A stretch of 64,000 nt of DNA from Carcharhinus longimanus (Eukaryota): assembly GCA_030264375.1 (NCBI GenBank), contig JASCQW010000154.1, positions 16,674,218 to 16,738,217 on the forward strand. Direction: 5' to 3'. Both the position numbers and the translations under genes were made by a program. How positions within the stretch are numbered: the first letter of the stretch is position 1; every line of letters starts with the position of its first letter. Of this stretch, positions 11,990 to 25,130 are shown piece by piece. The notes below the pieces were generated by a model that saw only the letters and a list, made by a program, of their open reading frames with translations, was not told the origin of the DNA and did no database searches.

Positions 11990-12283
11990 TTAAAGTTTAT
12001 TTATTAGTATCACAAGTAGGCTTACATTAACACTGTAATGAATTTATGGTGAAAATCCCCTTGTTGCCACACCCCAGCGCCTGTTTGGGTACAATGAGGG
12101 AGAATTTAGCATGGCCAATGCACCTAACCAACACGTCTTTCAGACTACGGGAGGAAACCAAAGTAACCGGAGAGAAAGCCCACACGGATGCAGACTCCAC
12201 ACAGACAGTGATCCAGGCTGGGAATCAAACCATGGTCCCTGGTGCTGTGAGGCAGCCGTGCTAACCATGGCGCCTCCGTGCTG
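11990..12283 (-). mobile_element. HE1-type SINE, B tail
   Basis: Reverse complement match to 10199-10495. Confidence 0.88.
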
Positions 12284-13139
12284 CCTGGTTGGTCAAACTG
12301 ATCATTTAGTTCAACTCCACTTTCCGCTGTCTCCCTATGTTCCTTTAGTGTCCAAAAACTACACACAAAACAGCCTTCATTTATTCACAGCAGTGTGTGC
12401 TTGTTTTTTATATTTCAACAATCGTGAAAGGACTTCTCAAATGCATCGTCACCAGTTCAGTGTCATAAATTTGCATAAAGATGGCTGACCAACAGTGATA
12501 ACTGTGGCACTCGGCATTCAAAACTGCACCCTCCTGATGCCTCTATCTGGACTTGATAGAAATCAAACAGATTTTGTGGGTTGCAAAGGAAACCCAGACA
12601 CTGATGAAAGTTTTGTTCTACAACAGTAATTTAAATTCCGAATCACCATTTCCAGGTGCATTCATTTTTCCTCCTCATTGTTAGCTTTCCCCACTCTTGT
12701 GCCTAATTCTCTTGAAAAAGAGACAATCCACTCTCAGTCCTCTAATAACCCCATTCTTGGTGGTCTTCAGGGCGACACAGCCTCCCTGTCTATGGAGAAA
12801 TGCCAAACTTTGTATTGTCTCCTGTGCTTGAAGGCATTGCTACACTCAGAAACGGCCGTGTTCATTTTTATTTTGGCACTGTGGAGAAGTGGTGGTTGTG
12901 AATTGTGTGTTGTACGCCCCTCATGAATTGTTTTTTATCTGACTTCAACGTAAAGGGAAATTGGACCCAAATTGCAACAGAGCAATGAGTCTTTACCACC
13001 ACTATTCCTCTCCAGTTCCATATCCTGTCCTAGAATCCCCCTGCCCTCCCCCGCCCCACCCCATTGTGGCTCTGCATGAATGCATTCTGCCAAATTGGAA
13101 TACGTAACACAATTTCTAATATTTTAATGCCAGAATTTC

Positions 13140-13535
13140 TAGTCACTCAAACCAAACCCCCATCCATTGACTCTGTCTACACCTCCTGCTGCCTTGGAAA
13201 AGCAGCCAGCATAATCAAGGACATCACGCACCCCACACATGCTTTCTTTCACCTTCTTCCATTGGGAAAAAGATACAAAAGTCCAAGAACACATACCAAC
13301 CGACTCAAGATTAGCTTCTTCCCTGCTGCCATCAGACTTTTGAATGGACCTATCATATATTAAGCTGATCTTTCTGTATATCCTATCTGTAACTGCAGCA
13401 CTATATTCTGCACATTCTCCTTTCCCTCTCCCCTATGTACTCTATGAGTGGAATGTTCTGTCCATATAGTGTGCAAGAAACAGTACAAGGAAAAATGTAT
13501 CCCAATAAATGCGACAAAAATAAATCATATCAAAC
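13140..13535 (+). mobile_element. Rex1/Babar-type LINE 3' fragment
   Basis: PSIDSVYTSCCLGKAASIIKDITHP..FHLLPLGKRYKS..TNRLKISFFPAAIRLLN plus 3' UTR. Confidence 0.85.
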
Positions 13536-13599
13536 ACAATTTGAAACATCTATTTTATTGTAACAAGCAGATGCTTACTTTCAAATGGTGATAAAGGTT

Positions 13600-13800
13600 A
13601 AAGTTTATTTATTAGTGTCACAAGTTGACTTACATTAACACTGCAATGAAGTTACTGTGAAAATCTCCTAGTCGCCACACTCCGGCACCTGTTCGGGCAC
13701 GTTGAGGGAGAATTTGGCACGGCCAATGCACCTAAACAGCATGTCTTTCAGACTGTGGGAGGAAACTGGAGCACCCAGAGGGAGCCCACGCAGACACAGG
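13600..13800 (-). mobile_element. HE1-type SINE, B tail, head missing (arm of an inverted duplication)
   Basis: Matches 10295-10495 in reverse, including the flanking spacer. Confidence 0.88.
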
Positions 13801-14252
13801 GAAACAGTATCTCTCTTTTCCTTTTCTGAAGGCTGTGGAATGCTTTTGTAATCAGCCACTGTCATATCATTTTTCTTGCATGAGTCTAGGCAGCAAGTTA
13901 ACAAACTGTTTGACAATTCAGATTATCGGGGCAAAGCCCGATTGTGTCCTTGTTCTGATGTGGCTAATTCTTACTTTGGGTCACAAGCAATATTGATTCA
14001 CCACTCATTGAATTCAACAGACTACATACTCACTCACTTTATACTATCATCCAATCTCTCACTTTATACTATCACCCAAATCTAAAAATGACTCCCAAAG
14101 GCTTCCCTAAGAAGGGTGGCAAAATTTTGGATCGGAAGAAGAATTCCTGGTTGACTTTAATGCAAACCCCAATCATAAGACATAGAAGTAAGCCATTTGG
14201 CCCATTGGCTCCACTATTCAATGGAATCGCAGCTGATCTGACGTAATAACCA

Positions 14253-14575
14253 TCATAAAATCCCTACAGTGCAGAAGGAGGCCATTCTGCCCATTGAGTC
14301 CACATTGACCATAATCCCTCCCAAGCCCTATTCCTGTGACCCCACATTTTTACCCTGCTAATCCCCCTGACACCAAGGAGTAATTTAGTATGGCCATTCA
14401 ACCAAAACCTGCACATCTTTTGACTGTGGGAAGAAACTAGACTATCCAAGGAAACCCACATAGACACAGGGAGAATGTGCAAACTCCACACAGACAGTGA
14501 CCCGAGACCGGAATTGAACCCGGATTCCGGGCACTGTGAGGCAGCAGTGCTAACCACTGCGCCACCATGCTGCCC
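14253..14575 (-). mobile_element. HE1-type SINE, CR1-type tail
   Basis: Full head, core and tail on the minus strand. Confidence 0.9.
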
Positions 14576-15305
14576 CTCAACTCTGCTTTCCCGCTTTATC
14601 CCCGCAACTCCTGATTCCCTTAGCAATTGAAACAACCTAATTGAAGTAAACTAAATTAGAATAGGCTAGGAATTTAATCTGTTTTTCTTAAAAAATAAAA
14701 AAGTTAGGAAAGCATTTCATTTGATATGGTGATCTTTATTGCCACTTATTTCAAATTGTAATAACATATTTAGAAGAACATCCCTAGATAGCTGTATTGG
14801 GGAATTATATTATCGACTATGAGTAGTTTATATTTTCCAAAGTATTTATATCAAAACAACTTTGAGAATTTTAACTGATGCAAAAAAAATAGAGGATAAG
14901 AGGGCTAGTATTTCTCAATATATCAACCTTTGTCTGCAATAGGCCAGTTGTGTCACACAATTTGGCATCCACATGAAAGAAACAGTTTTGGTGTAAAATT
15001 GACCTGAGCTTTTTAGTGTAGTTAGTGAGTGAAACTAAGTATGGTCAGAGACGAGATCTACAATGATGCTCTCACATTATTTGGTCCCCAAACCCTGTCC
15101 GCTTATCTTCGTTTCATTGCTTCTGGCCTCACAGAATGTAACTTGCACTTGAATATCACTGCAGTGCATTCAGAGTTCCATTAACAGGAGCCTGGAATGT
15201 AACTCACATCCGCCAGCCCCACATCACTCTCTTGAGCCTGTAGCTAGCCTGCGATACAAAAAAAAATGCTAAGGCATTTCTACAAATTGAACCTCAGATA
15301 TCTGC

Positions 15306-15367
15306 TGACACCCACTTTTCTGCACTAAATGATACATGACACCCACTTTTCTACACTAAATGATGCA
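15306..15367. repeat. 31-bp tandem duplication
   Basis: tgacacccacttttctgcactaaatgataca / tgacacccacttttctacactaaatgatgca. Confidence 0.9.
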
Positions 15368-16574
15368 GCCATATAATTCATTCAGAACTCGAACCTTCAG
15401 TCCTTAATTTTCCAGAAATAAAAAAAAGGTGGGGGAGGGTGGAATCAGAGCAAATCTGGTGTGACAGAATACTTCCTAAATTGCAACTGCAGTCTCAAAC
15501 ATCTTCCGCTGTACAATTAATTCAAATCAATCAGTAGAGATTAAGATTAATGACACTCACAGCTCTGTCAAAAGGCTGGTAATAAGATACAAAATGAGTC
15601 ACGGCAGATCTGACTCAAGTTTAAACTTGCTTGTGACATTAAAGAAAATTAACCTGTTTCTTCACTCTGAGACAATTATTGTAGATTTGGTGGGGGAGGG
15701 GGATATTGCTAAAATGCTGTTACTGATTAAAAAAAGCTCCCGATTAGGGCACCTCATTAGAAATTTTTAAATGTCAAGTACTATTAATTGCAGTGGATGT
15801 GTAAAACTATCATTTTGCATTTTATTCAGATGTAGGCAATAGGCTTCCAACCTGTGGCCCACCAAGAAGGATCTACAGATTTCTGTCTGTCTGGGACCAG
15901 TCATGGTCGACAGCACAGTGCTACACTCTTGGGTAATTTCTGATTGACTGGCATACAATTTTTGTTGCTGCGTTACCTCAAGAACAAGTGTTCTCCAAAT
16001 GTACTGCTTTCTTCTGGTAGCTGAGATGGTTTACCAAAAATTGAGACAGGAGTCTCCAGAACAATCAATATTTACAAGGAGTCCCCACTGACAATGCTAG
16101 CGTTGAATAGTAATTAGGTGACAGCTGGAACTGTACCATAAGACAGTATAAACTTGCACTTCACAGCATTTAACACCTGACATGTAAAAGATTGCACGTG
16201 TTGTAAATTTCACCTGTGGACTTAGGTTTAAAATTGCTCATTTAAAAGAGAAACTTTTTTTTTAAGGTAACCCACCTGCTTCACAACTATGCCAACTATT
16301 CCCAAGCCCTGCGCCAAGGCAGCTTTGTAGACTGAAATTAAGAAGGTTTGCCAGAGTAGCCCTGAATCACAGTCTCCGATTTGTACAGCTGTCCCTGTGG
16401 CAAGTGCCTTGCTTCCACTTAATGCCTACCCAAAGCAGCCAAATTCTGCAAGGGAGTCAGAGCAAACACACATCTGAACATTGCATTGCCTGCCACGTTC
16501 TGCTTATAATGCAGAAGCTGTATTCGAATGGATCTGAAGAACAAACGTTGCAGCTTAGAGTGGTTAGAGTAAGA

Positions 16575-16653
16575 AATCTCACAACACTAGGTTAAAGACC
16601 AACAGGTTTATTTGGAATCACAAGCCTTCGGAGCGCTGCTTCTTCATCAGGGG
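16575..16653 (-). mobile_element. Penelope-like fragment with a degenerate hammerhead motif
   Basis: Minus strand CTGATGA-agaagcagcgctcc-GAAG-GCTT-gtgattccaaataaacctgttgg. Confidence 0.6.
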
Positions 16654-17194
16654 AGAGCAGTTAGATGAGACAACCACCCTGTGCAAACTGATGGAGACTT
16701 CATGGCAGATCCTCAGCGGAGCTGTGTTAATTGTAGCTGCATCAAGCTGGATCATATGGACTAGGAGGACAAAATGGGAGCAAAAAGTATAGAAATCAAG
16801 CCTAAAGACCACACNNNNNNNNNNNNNNNNNNNNNNNNNNNNNNNNNNNNNNNNNNNNNNNNNNNNNNNNNNNNNNNNNNNNNNNNNNNNNNNNNNNNNN
16901 NNNNNNNNNNNNNNGTCAGAATCTTCTGGTCCCTCAACTGTCGATGGGGTTCCTCATTGATTACAGGCCACATCGCCGGCAAACCCACACCAGAACCAGA
17001 GGATTCAGCCGGTGTGAACAGCCAGAAAACTCCAGGACTCTGCCGGTTCCTCTCTGACACCCAGAGTGAACTGATTTAGGTACTCTTACACTGGTTTACT
17101 AATGCTTCCCCAACTGGGAGCCAGCAGGGCTTAATTACCAACTTAATGTTGAAATTATGTTGTAACAGAATGCACAACTTAATATGCATCCCAG

Positions 17195-17770
17195 ACATAC
17201 TCTTTTCCATCTTCTTCCATCAGGAAAAAGATACAAAAGTCTGAGATCACAGACCAATCAACTCAAGAACAGCTTCTTCCCTGCTGCTGTCAGACTTTTG
17301 AATGGATCTATCGCGCAGTAGCTATGACACCCTAGCTATGACTGACACATACATTCTGCACTCTTTCCTTTCCTTCTCTATGAACAGTATGCCTTGACTT
17401 TGTAACATGAGTCATAGAACCCTACAGTGCAGAAGGAGGCCCTTCAAGTCTGCACTGACCACAATCCCACTCAGGCCTTATCCCCATAACCCCATGCTAT
17501 CCTAGCTAATTCCCCTGACACTAAGGGGCAATTTAGCATGGCCAACTCACCTAACCTGCACATCTTTGGACTGTGGGAGGAAGCCGGAGTACTGGGAGGA
17601 AACCCATGCAGACATGGGGAGAACATGCAAACTCCAAGCAGACAGTGACCCAAGCTGGGACCTGGCACTGTAAGGCAGTAGTGCTAACTGCTGTGCTACC
17701 AAGCCACCAAACTCAAGAAACAAACATTTTCACTGTATACTAATACATGTGACAATAATAAATCAAATCA
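17195..17770 (+). mobile_element. Rex1/Babar 3' fragment interrupted by a minus-strand HE1 SINE (17413-17710)
   Basis: ccatcttcttccatcaggaaaaagatacaaaagt..., then the SINE, then caagaaac...catgtgacaataataaatcaaatc. Confidence 0.82.
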
Positions 17771-18269
17771 AAAACTGGATTTTATCCTAAATATCTTCCT
17801 GCAGGAGATCATGAGTAGTTAATTCATGCAGATTCTCACAATGCAATTCAAGTGCTGTAGTCTTAGGAAAATGTTTTTGAGATAAGGCTTCCAAAGTTGA
17901 GGCCCTAACTGCTGGGATTAACACTAAAGATGGCACCTGCAGTTTAACTAGCATCCTGGCCACCAGTTACATCATGAGCACTAGTACCATTCTCTTTCAA
18001 TTTTTTTATATTGGTCCTGGTTGGGCACACATTGACTGGCAGTGGGGGCAGTTCAAAGAGCAACTAACTGGTTATAAGGCACTCTGGGACATCTACGGAA
18101 ATATAAAAGACTGTAAATATCATCCACAGTGCTCTCCAACTTGGGAGTCCTTTAGCGACACACAAAGGATGGCAGGATATGGAACAGAATCAACTGATTG
18201 CAATTCATCATTGCATTTATTTTGCTCCAGTAAATTTTCATGAAGTTCATGTTTGCTCTGATGGTGCTT

Positions 18270-18945
18270 TCTTGTCAGAAAAACCCATCTGGTTCACTTA
18301 TGTCCTTCAGGGAAGGAAATCTGCCATCCTGACCTGGTCTGGCCTACATGTGACTCCAGAGCCACAGCAACATAGTTGACTCTCAACTGCTCTCCAAGGA
18401 CAATCATAGAGTCATAGAGGTTTGCAACATGGAAACAGGCCCTTCAGCCCAACTTGTCCATGCCACCCCTTTTTTTAATCATTAAGCTAGTCCCAATTGC
18501 CTGCGTTTGCTCCATATCACTCTATACCCATCTTACCCATGTAACTGTCTAAATGCTTTTTAAAAGACAAAATTGTACCCGTTTCCATTACTATCTCTGG
18601 CAGCTTTTTCCAGACACTCATCACCCTTTGTGAAAAAATTGCCCCTCTGGACTCTTTCGTATCTCTCCTCTCTCACCTTAAACCTCTAGTTTTAGACTCC
18701 CCTATGTCTGGGAAAAGGTGTTGATTATCTAGCTGATCTATGCCCCTCATTATTTTATAGACCTCTATAAGATGACCCCTAAGTCTCCTACGCTCCAGGG
18801 AAAAAATTGCCAGTCCATCCTTATAACTCAAACCATCAAGTCCCGGTAACATCCTAGTAAATTTTTTCTGCACTCTTTCTAGTTTAGGGATGGGCAATGA
18901 AAACTGACCAACCAGCAATGCGTTATGTCCCAAGAATGAAAATGA
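18270..18945. mobile_element. SINE family 2 3' part (+) interrupted by a CR1 3' fragment (-, 18405-18885)
   Basis: KLERVQKKFTRMLPGLDGLSYK...RLRGHLIEVYKIMRG nested between colinear SINE pieces. Confidence 0.85.
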
Positions 18946-18994
18946 AAATTGTCAACCCTGCAACTCAGTTATTTTGCAGGAAATTTTGCTGATT

Positions 18995-19435
18995 CCTGGG
19001 ATGGCAGGTCTGTAATGTGAGAGATTAAGTCAGTTAGGATTATATTCACTGGAGTTCAGAAGAGTGAGAGAGGGTTTCATAGAGACTTATAAAATTCTAA
19101 CAGGGTTAAACAGGGTAGATTCAGAAAGAATGTTCCCAAGGGAGCGAGGGGTCCAGAACTAAGGGTAATAGTTTGAGGATAAGGGGTAAACCTTTTAGTA
19201 CTGAGGTGAGGAGAAATTTCTTCCCCCAGAGGATAGTAAATGTGTGGCATTCACTACCCAAAGATAGTAGTTGCAGCCAAAATATCTGATTTCAAGAAGA
19301 AATTAGATATAGCTCTTGGGGCTAAAGGGATGTGGGAGGAAGGGGGGAATCAGGACATTGAATTCGATGATCAGCCATATTCAAGATGAATGGTGGTGCA
19401 GGCTCGAATGGCCTACTCCTGCTTCTAGTTTCTGT
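18995..19435 (+). mobile_element. CR1 LINE 3' fragment
   Basis: LGLYSLEFRRVREGFIETYKILTG...VRRNFFPQRIVNVW and tail gaatggcctactcctgctt. Confidence 0.88.
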
Positions 19436-19799
19436 AAGTGTTGCTGTGTGTACCCAAACTATAATTTTCAGATCATTTCACTCAAATTAAAATTTTCACA
19501 GCTCCCCCTGAATGAGAATCACAGTCACAATCCAGCAGAAACATTTCAGTCGCAGTCATTGTGAAAAATAGTCAACATGTTTCCTAATGATCATGTGGCA
19601 GGATGGTTCTTGTGCTATCACGTCGCTGAGAAATTGTTGCCCCATGTTGGAGTGAACTTCACTAATGATTACTTTGCAAGGAACAAATTCATTGTGACAA
19701 ATCCACTGGCTCTCTTATTCACGATTCACTGAAGTGAACCAGCAATTAGACCATGTCCTGAAAGCCAATTTGGATTTCAGAACCTCAACTCAGTCAAGA

Positions 19800-20130
19800 T
19801 TTTTTTATTATTCATTCATGGGACAGGGGTGTCACTGGCTGGCCAACATTTATTGTCCATCCCTACTTGCCCTTGGAGGGCAGTTGAGAGTCAACCACAT
19901 TGCTCTGGAGTCACACGTTGGTCAGACCAGGTAAGGCTGGCGGATTTCCTTCCCTAAGGGACATTAGTGAAGCAGGTGGGTTTTTCTGACAATCGACTTT
20001 TAATTCTTAATTCCAGATTTTTAAAAAAAATTGAGTTCAAATTCCACCATCTGCTGTGATGAGATTCGAACTGGGGTCCCCAGAACGTTAGCCGAGTTTC
20101 TGGATTAATAATCTAGTGATAATACCATTA
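19800..20130 (-). mobile_element. SINE family 2
   Basis: Reverse complement of 528-880. Confidence 0.85.
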
Positions 20131-21109
20131 GGAAGTAAACCTAAGGCTAGGTTAGACTCTTAGGTGACCTCGAAAGAAGTACCATTATCATTGTGTCCAG
20201 GCCCACAGCGATAGTGTTTGCGTAAGGTCCCTGCAGACAGAATGTGTATGATAACAAAATAAAATTATCCACACAAAAAGCAGTTGCTGCAGTAGTTCTT
20301 TTACTGATTATTTATTCATTGAATTCTGGTTGCAAATCAATCCTTGATTACATTTTGCAATGTTTAACTTTTAAAAAAAGACACAATTAAATAACATGTA
20401 ATGTCAGCTTATTGTATATTTCTGTAATATCAACATAGGTGGTTAAGGCTCGTCAGGAAGCCAAACCCCAGTTTTCTGTCATTTCGAACACAGCAAAGAA
20501 ACATGATTTTCAGGGGCTAAGTGCAAGATCTGATGAACATTGTAGGGAGTATTTTTAAATATGCATCAGCTGCGAGTCTATTGGAATCCAGAACAGAATT
20601 TAAGAGCCAGCTACTGTCCAAGCTGCAAGGCTAACATGGGCTCCTGCAGTGATGCCTAAAGCTGTGGCTTTCCTGTTCACACACAATTGAAGCTTTAGCT
20701 TAGGGCTCTTTCAGGATTCAAAGCAGGGGTCCCCAGGGGGCTGCAGTCATAGCCAGAGACATTGAAGCACTCGCTCGAAACATATTCAGAAGTTAAAAGC
20801 CATAAAGGGATATTTAAGATTCACAGGAAAGCGGAGCACACATTTGGGTTGAGCTTGAAATCGCCATTCCTGTCAGTCAAGGAAACCAATGCTAATTAAT
20901 GAATAATGAAAATTACATTTTAGTAAGTGAGGCTAATCATGTTTGACATTTCATCATGCAGATAAAAACAAAATACTGGAAATTGAAATAAAGGTACTGG
21001 GAATACAAAACAGGTTGACCCAGATTGCTAAGAACTAAACCCACCAATTTTAACAGAGGTAGGACGAGGAGCAGGCAACCAAACCACCTGCAAGTCATTT
21101 GAACAAAGG

Positions 21110-21440
21110 ACAAAGAACAGCACAGCACAGGAACAGGCCCTTTGGCCCTCCAAGCCTGCGCCAATCATGTTGTCACAAACCAACCACCTGTATCTGTCTA
21201 TACCTTGCCTGTTCGTGTCTAACCAGAAGCCTTAAATGTCATTAATGTGTCTGACCTCAACCACCTCACTTGGCAGTGAAATCCAGGCCCCCACCACTCT
21301 GTGTAAAAAAACTTCCCTGCATATCTCCACTGAACCTTACCTTGAAGTTGTACCCTCTTGTAATTATTTCTATCCTGGGAAAAAGCTTCCAACTGTTCAC
21401 CCTATCTATGCCCCTTATAATTTTATAAACTTCTATCATT
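21110..21440 (-). mobile_element. CR1 LINE 3' end
   Basis: acagcacaggaacaggccctttggccc tail and ...ccaccactctgtgtaaaaaaactt (reverse of FFTQ.VV). Confidence 0.75.
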
Positions 21441-22049
21441 TGATAATGGTGTCTTCATTTTAATTCTTATTCAAGTCTTAAAAGGACAGGCAGCTGGCCT
21501 TTCTAGACCACAGAAAACTCAGCATCTTAAACAAGGTGAGAATGGCTGGATCCATGAAGTGCCTTTACAGCACTGCTTGTGGGCCAGGAGCAGTTGGTGT
21601 GTTTCCTCCAGGTCCAACAACTTACCCAGTTAACATTTCTCAGCCAGAGATCTACCTGCTCCATCACTAATAAACATCGAATCCTCAAGATGACCATCCA
21701 AATCTCCTTCCACCACAAAGGGAGCCTCCAACCTCCCCTCAAAATCTCGCTCAATTCCACCCCTTCTCCATCAGCTCTCAGAGATTGAACTTGTGAAGCT
21801 GGCTTCCACATGAGGGGTCTCCAATCAGCCCGCTTGAGAGCGGGAACCCCACTCGAAGAGGCCCCTGCGATTAAATTGTGCAAAGCATTCTGGAAAGCTG
21901 CTCTTCCAGGTTTCCCAATCTCAACTCCTCAGCACAGAACTCCTATCCAGGCTAACGTCCAGGCCTACGTGGCCCAAATGAGTTGGGGTGTTCAACGTTT
22001 CAGCACTCAATTCCTTCACCTTCCTTATATAAATCATTTTCTCATTCTT

Positions 22050-22890
22050 CATGCTAATTACTCAAGCGGAGGCCATGTAGCAGGCTTCCCGTTGGGTACC
22101 ATGGCCTTTGCATGTCTCCGACCGCTGGATTGCTGGCATTGTCTGCTCTATATCGGAATTCAGCAAGTGGCTGAATACATTCTTTAAATAAGATTGAAGG
22201 GGGGACTGAAGTTTCCAAGCACCCTAGCCTCTCCTCCCCTTCCCCAAAGTGGGGAAGGGGCAAAGTGCCAATGCGCAGATGGTATCTTGGCATTATCCAT
22301 TTGGCATTAGGCAGTGTCAAGAGGGTGGGGCCTCTGGGAGGGAGAGATTGGTGGACGTAGGGAGTCCTGCAGCCACATGACACTCAGGCTTTGTGACAGA
22401 GGGAGGGAGGTCAGTGATCGGGGCTGCCAGTGGGGAGGTGGGGTTGGGTGGGAGGAATCAGGAGATTGGAACTTCTGGGGGTTGATCAAGACTTCTGGGA
22501 GATGGGGAGTGCGAGTGAATCGAGGTGGACTGTGGTGGGGATGTGATTTTAAACATGCGGGCATGTCAGAGAGGCCAGCATTGGGCTGTAATGGGGAAAT
22601 CAGAGCCATGATGGGTTGCTGTGCAGGCCAGCAGTCGGAAGGCCAGCAGTGCAGGCTACTGTGCATATGTTGATCTCCGCTCTGACAGATCGGTAGTAGC
22701 CCGCTCAGCGCTATGTTGCCGGCCTCTCCAGTGGGAATAGGCCCCACCAAAAGCTTTTTAAATAAGATTCACGTTAGTGCATTCTGCAGTGCACAGTGTG
22801 GGAGATTCAGTTTCAGACTCCCTCTGAAAAAAACAGCAGGATAAGTTTTACACAAATCCAGCACTGAATTTTTTTGGGAGAATTCCACCC
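22050..22890. mobile_element. GC-rich non-autonomous DNA transposon relic (Harbinger-like, inferred)
   Basis: Ends with ggagaattccaccc, the same terminal motif class as the MITEs at 7245 and 48615. The left end is unclear. Confidence 0.45.
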
Positions 22891-23319
22891 AGTGCGTCTA
22901 ACGTGAGATCTTAGGCATCACAGTTTGAAGACCACCACAGTTTGGGGAATCACATTTCACTGGGCAAATAGTAGTGATTACCTGAAATGAGAACTGTTAT
23001 CACTAAAATATTCAATTTGACTAAATAAGAACACACGTCAAAAACCATTCAACTTCATTTGTCTTGCTAGTCCATCACTGTGCAAACTGATCATTCAAGT
23101 TGACTTCTTAGTTACTTGAAAAATACCATGTAAAAAATATGAGAAGTTGGAACGATTTAGAGAATTTATTCTTGCTCAAAATTGTCTCTCCACTAAATTA
23201 AATCTCTAAAATTTAATCCTACATTAGGACCTAAAACTTTGACTACTGGGTCGAATTGATTGCACCTTCATTTTCTGCCAATCCTCCTCTTTCTGGTTTC
23301 AGATTCTTGATAGGATGTA

Positions 23320-23720
23320 CTTAATTTACTATTGTCACATATATTGGGATAAAGCAACAAGTATTGTTCTCTGCGTGCTATAGAGACAAAGCATACCATT
23401 CATAAAGAAAAGGGGAGGTGCAGAATGTAGTCATAGCTAGAGTGTCAAGAAATATAGGTCCATTCAAAGTCTGACGGCAGCAGGGGAGAAGTTTTTGAAC
23501 TGGTTGGTACGTGATTTCAGACATCTGTATCCTTTTCCCGATGGAAGCAGCTGGAAGAGAGAACATCTGGGGTTTGTGGGGTCCTTGATTACGCTGGTTG
23601 CTTTTCCGAGGCAGCAGGAAGTGTAGACAGAATCAATGGATGGGAAGCTGGTTGGAATGGGTTTCATTCATGACCCTTTGTAGTTTCTTGTGGCTGTGAT
23701 ACAACCAGTAAGGAGTACTT
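23320..23720 (-). mobile_element. Rex1/Babar LINE 3' fragment
   Basis: TSFPSIDSVYTSCCLGKATSVIKDPTNP..FQLLPSGKGYRCLKSRTNQFKN. Confidence 0.85.
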
Positions 23721-24200
23721 TTTCTGCATTGGAAGAGTTCCAAGAAGGGTTGCCAAATACCTGAAATGGACTGGTTGTCTCATGAGAAAATGTTGGACAA
23801 GCTAGGCTTGTTTCTGCTGGAGTTTAGAGTGAAAGGCTGTTAGGTTGAAACCTGTTAGATCCTGAGTGGTCTTGACAAGGCAGTTGGGGAAAAGAGTTCT
23901 GGATTCTCCAGGAACTATCATGGGGTCACTGCTGAGAAATAAACAGTCACTGATTTAAAACAGAGCTGAGGCTAAATTGTTTCTCTCAGAGGGTTGTCTT
24001 TCTCTTCTTGAAAAAGGTGGTGGAAGCAGAGTCTTTCAATATTTTTAAGACAAAGGTGAGTAGATTTTTGTTAAGCAAGAGGGTGATAAGTTATCAGGGT
24101 AGACAGGATGCAGATTTGAGGTTATTCAGTTACGTTAGCCATGACCGTATTAAAGGATGGGATAAGCTCGAGGGGCTGAATGGCCTACTCCTGCTTCTTG
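23720..24200 (+). mobile_element. CR1 LINE 3' fragment, degraded
   Basis: ttggaagagttccaagaaggg...FSQRVV...KVVEAESFNIFKT and tail gggctgaatggcctactcctgct. Confidence 0.8.
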
Positions 24201-24347
24201 TTTGTACAACAGTAGTTCTTACTTCTGGTCTTAAAAAGTACCATATTTTGGATGGGGTTTATTTTACGATCAGAATGCTTTGTTAACAAGGAACACATTT
24301 CAAATACCTAATGGTTTCTGATTAAATGAAAGGCCCTGGACCAAGTG

Positions 24348-24645
24348 CAGCATGGTGGCACAGCGGTTAGCACTGCTGTCTCACAGCACCAGGGATCCAA
24401 GTTCAATTGTGGCCTTGGGTGACTGTCTGTGTGGAGTTTACTCGTTCTCCCCGTGACTGCAGTGGGTTTCCTCCCACAATCAAAGATTTGCAGGTTCGGT
24501 GGATTGACGACACTAAATTGCGCCTTAGTGTCAGGGGGATTGGCACGATATATACATGAGGTTACAGGAATAGAGCCTTGGTGGGATTATCATCAGTGCA
24601 GGCTTGATGGGCTGACTGGCCTTCTTCTGCACTGTAGGGACTTTA
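24348..24645 (+). mobile_element. HE1-type SINE, CR1-type tail
   Basis: Head, core and tail present. Confidence 0.88.
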
Positions 24646-24834
24646 TGAAGTCTGGTGCTGACAAGAAGGATTATACAGCAGAAGGGGCTGTGATTAAAAA
24701 AAAGGGGAAAATATAATATTAAAAAAATTGAAGTAAAAGCAGAAAATGCTGCATCCAGCAAGTCAGGCAGCATCTGTGAAGATAGAAACAAAGTTAATGT
24801 CGGCCCTTCATCAAAACTGAAGGTGAATTTAAAG

Positions 24835-25130
24835 TTGAAGTTTATTTATTATTGTCACAAGTAGGCTTATATTATCACTGCAATTAAGTCTGAAAATCCC
24901 ATAGTCACCACACTCTGGCACATATAAAAGGTACACTGAGGGAGAATTTAGCATAGCCAATACACCTAACCAGCATGTCTGTCAGACCTGTGGGAGGAAA
25001 CCAGGAGTACCCAGAGGGAACCCAAGCAGACACGGGGAGAACGTGCAAACTCCAGACAGTCGTCTGAGGCCAGATTGAACCTGGGCCCCTAACGCTGTGA
25101 GCAGTGCTAACCACTGTGCCACTGCGCCGC
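24835..25130 (-). mobile_element. HE1-type SINE, B tail
   Basis: Head, core and B tail on the minus strand. Confidence 0.88.
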
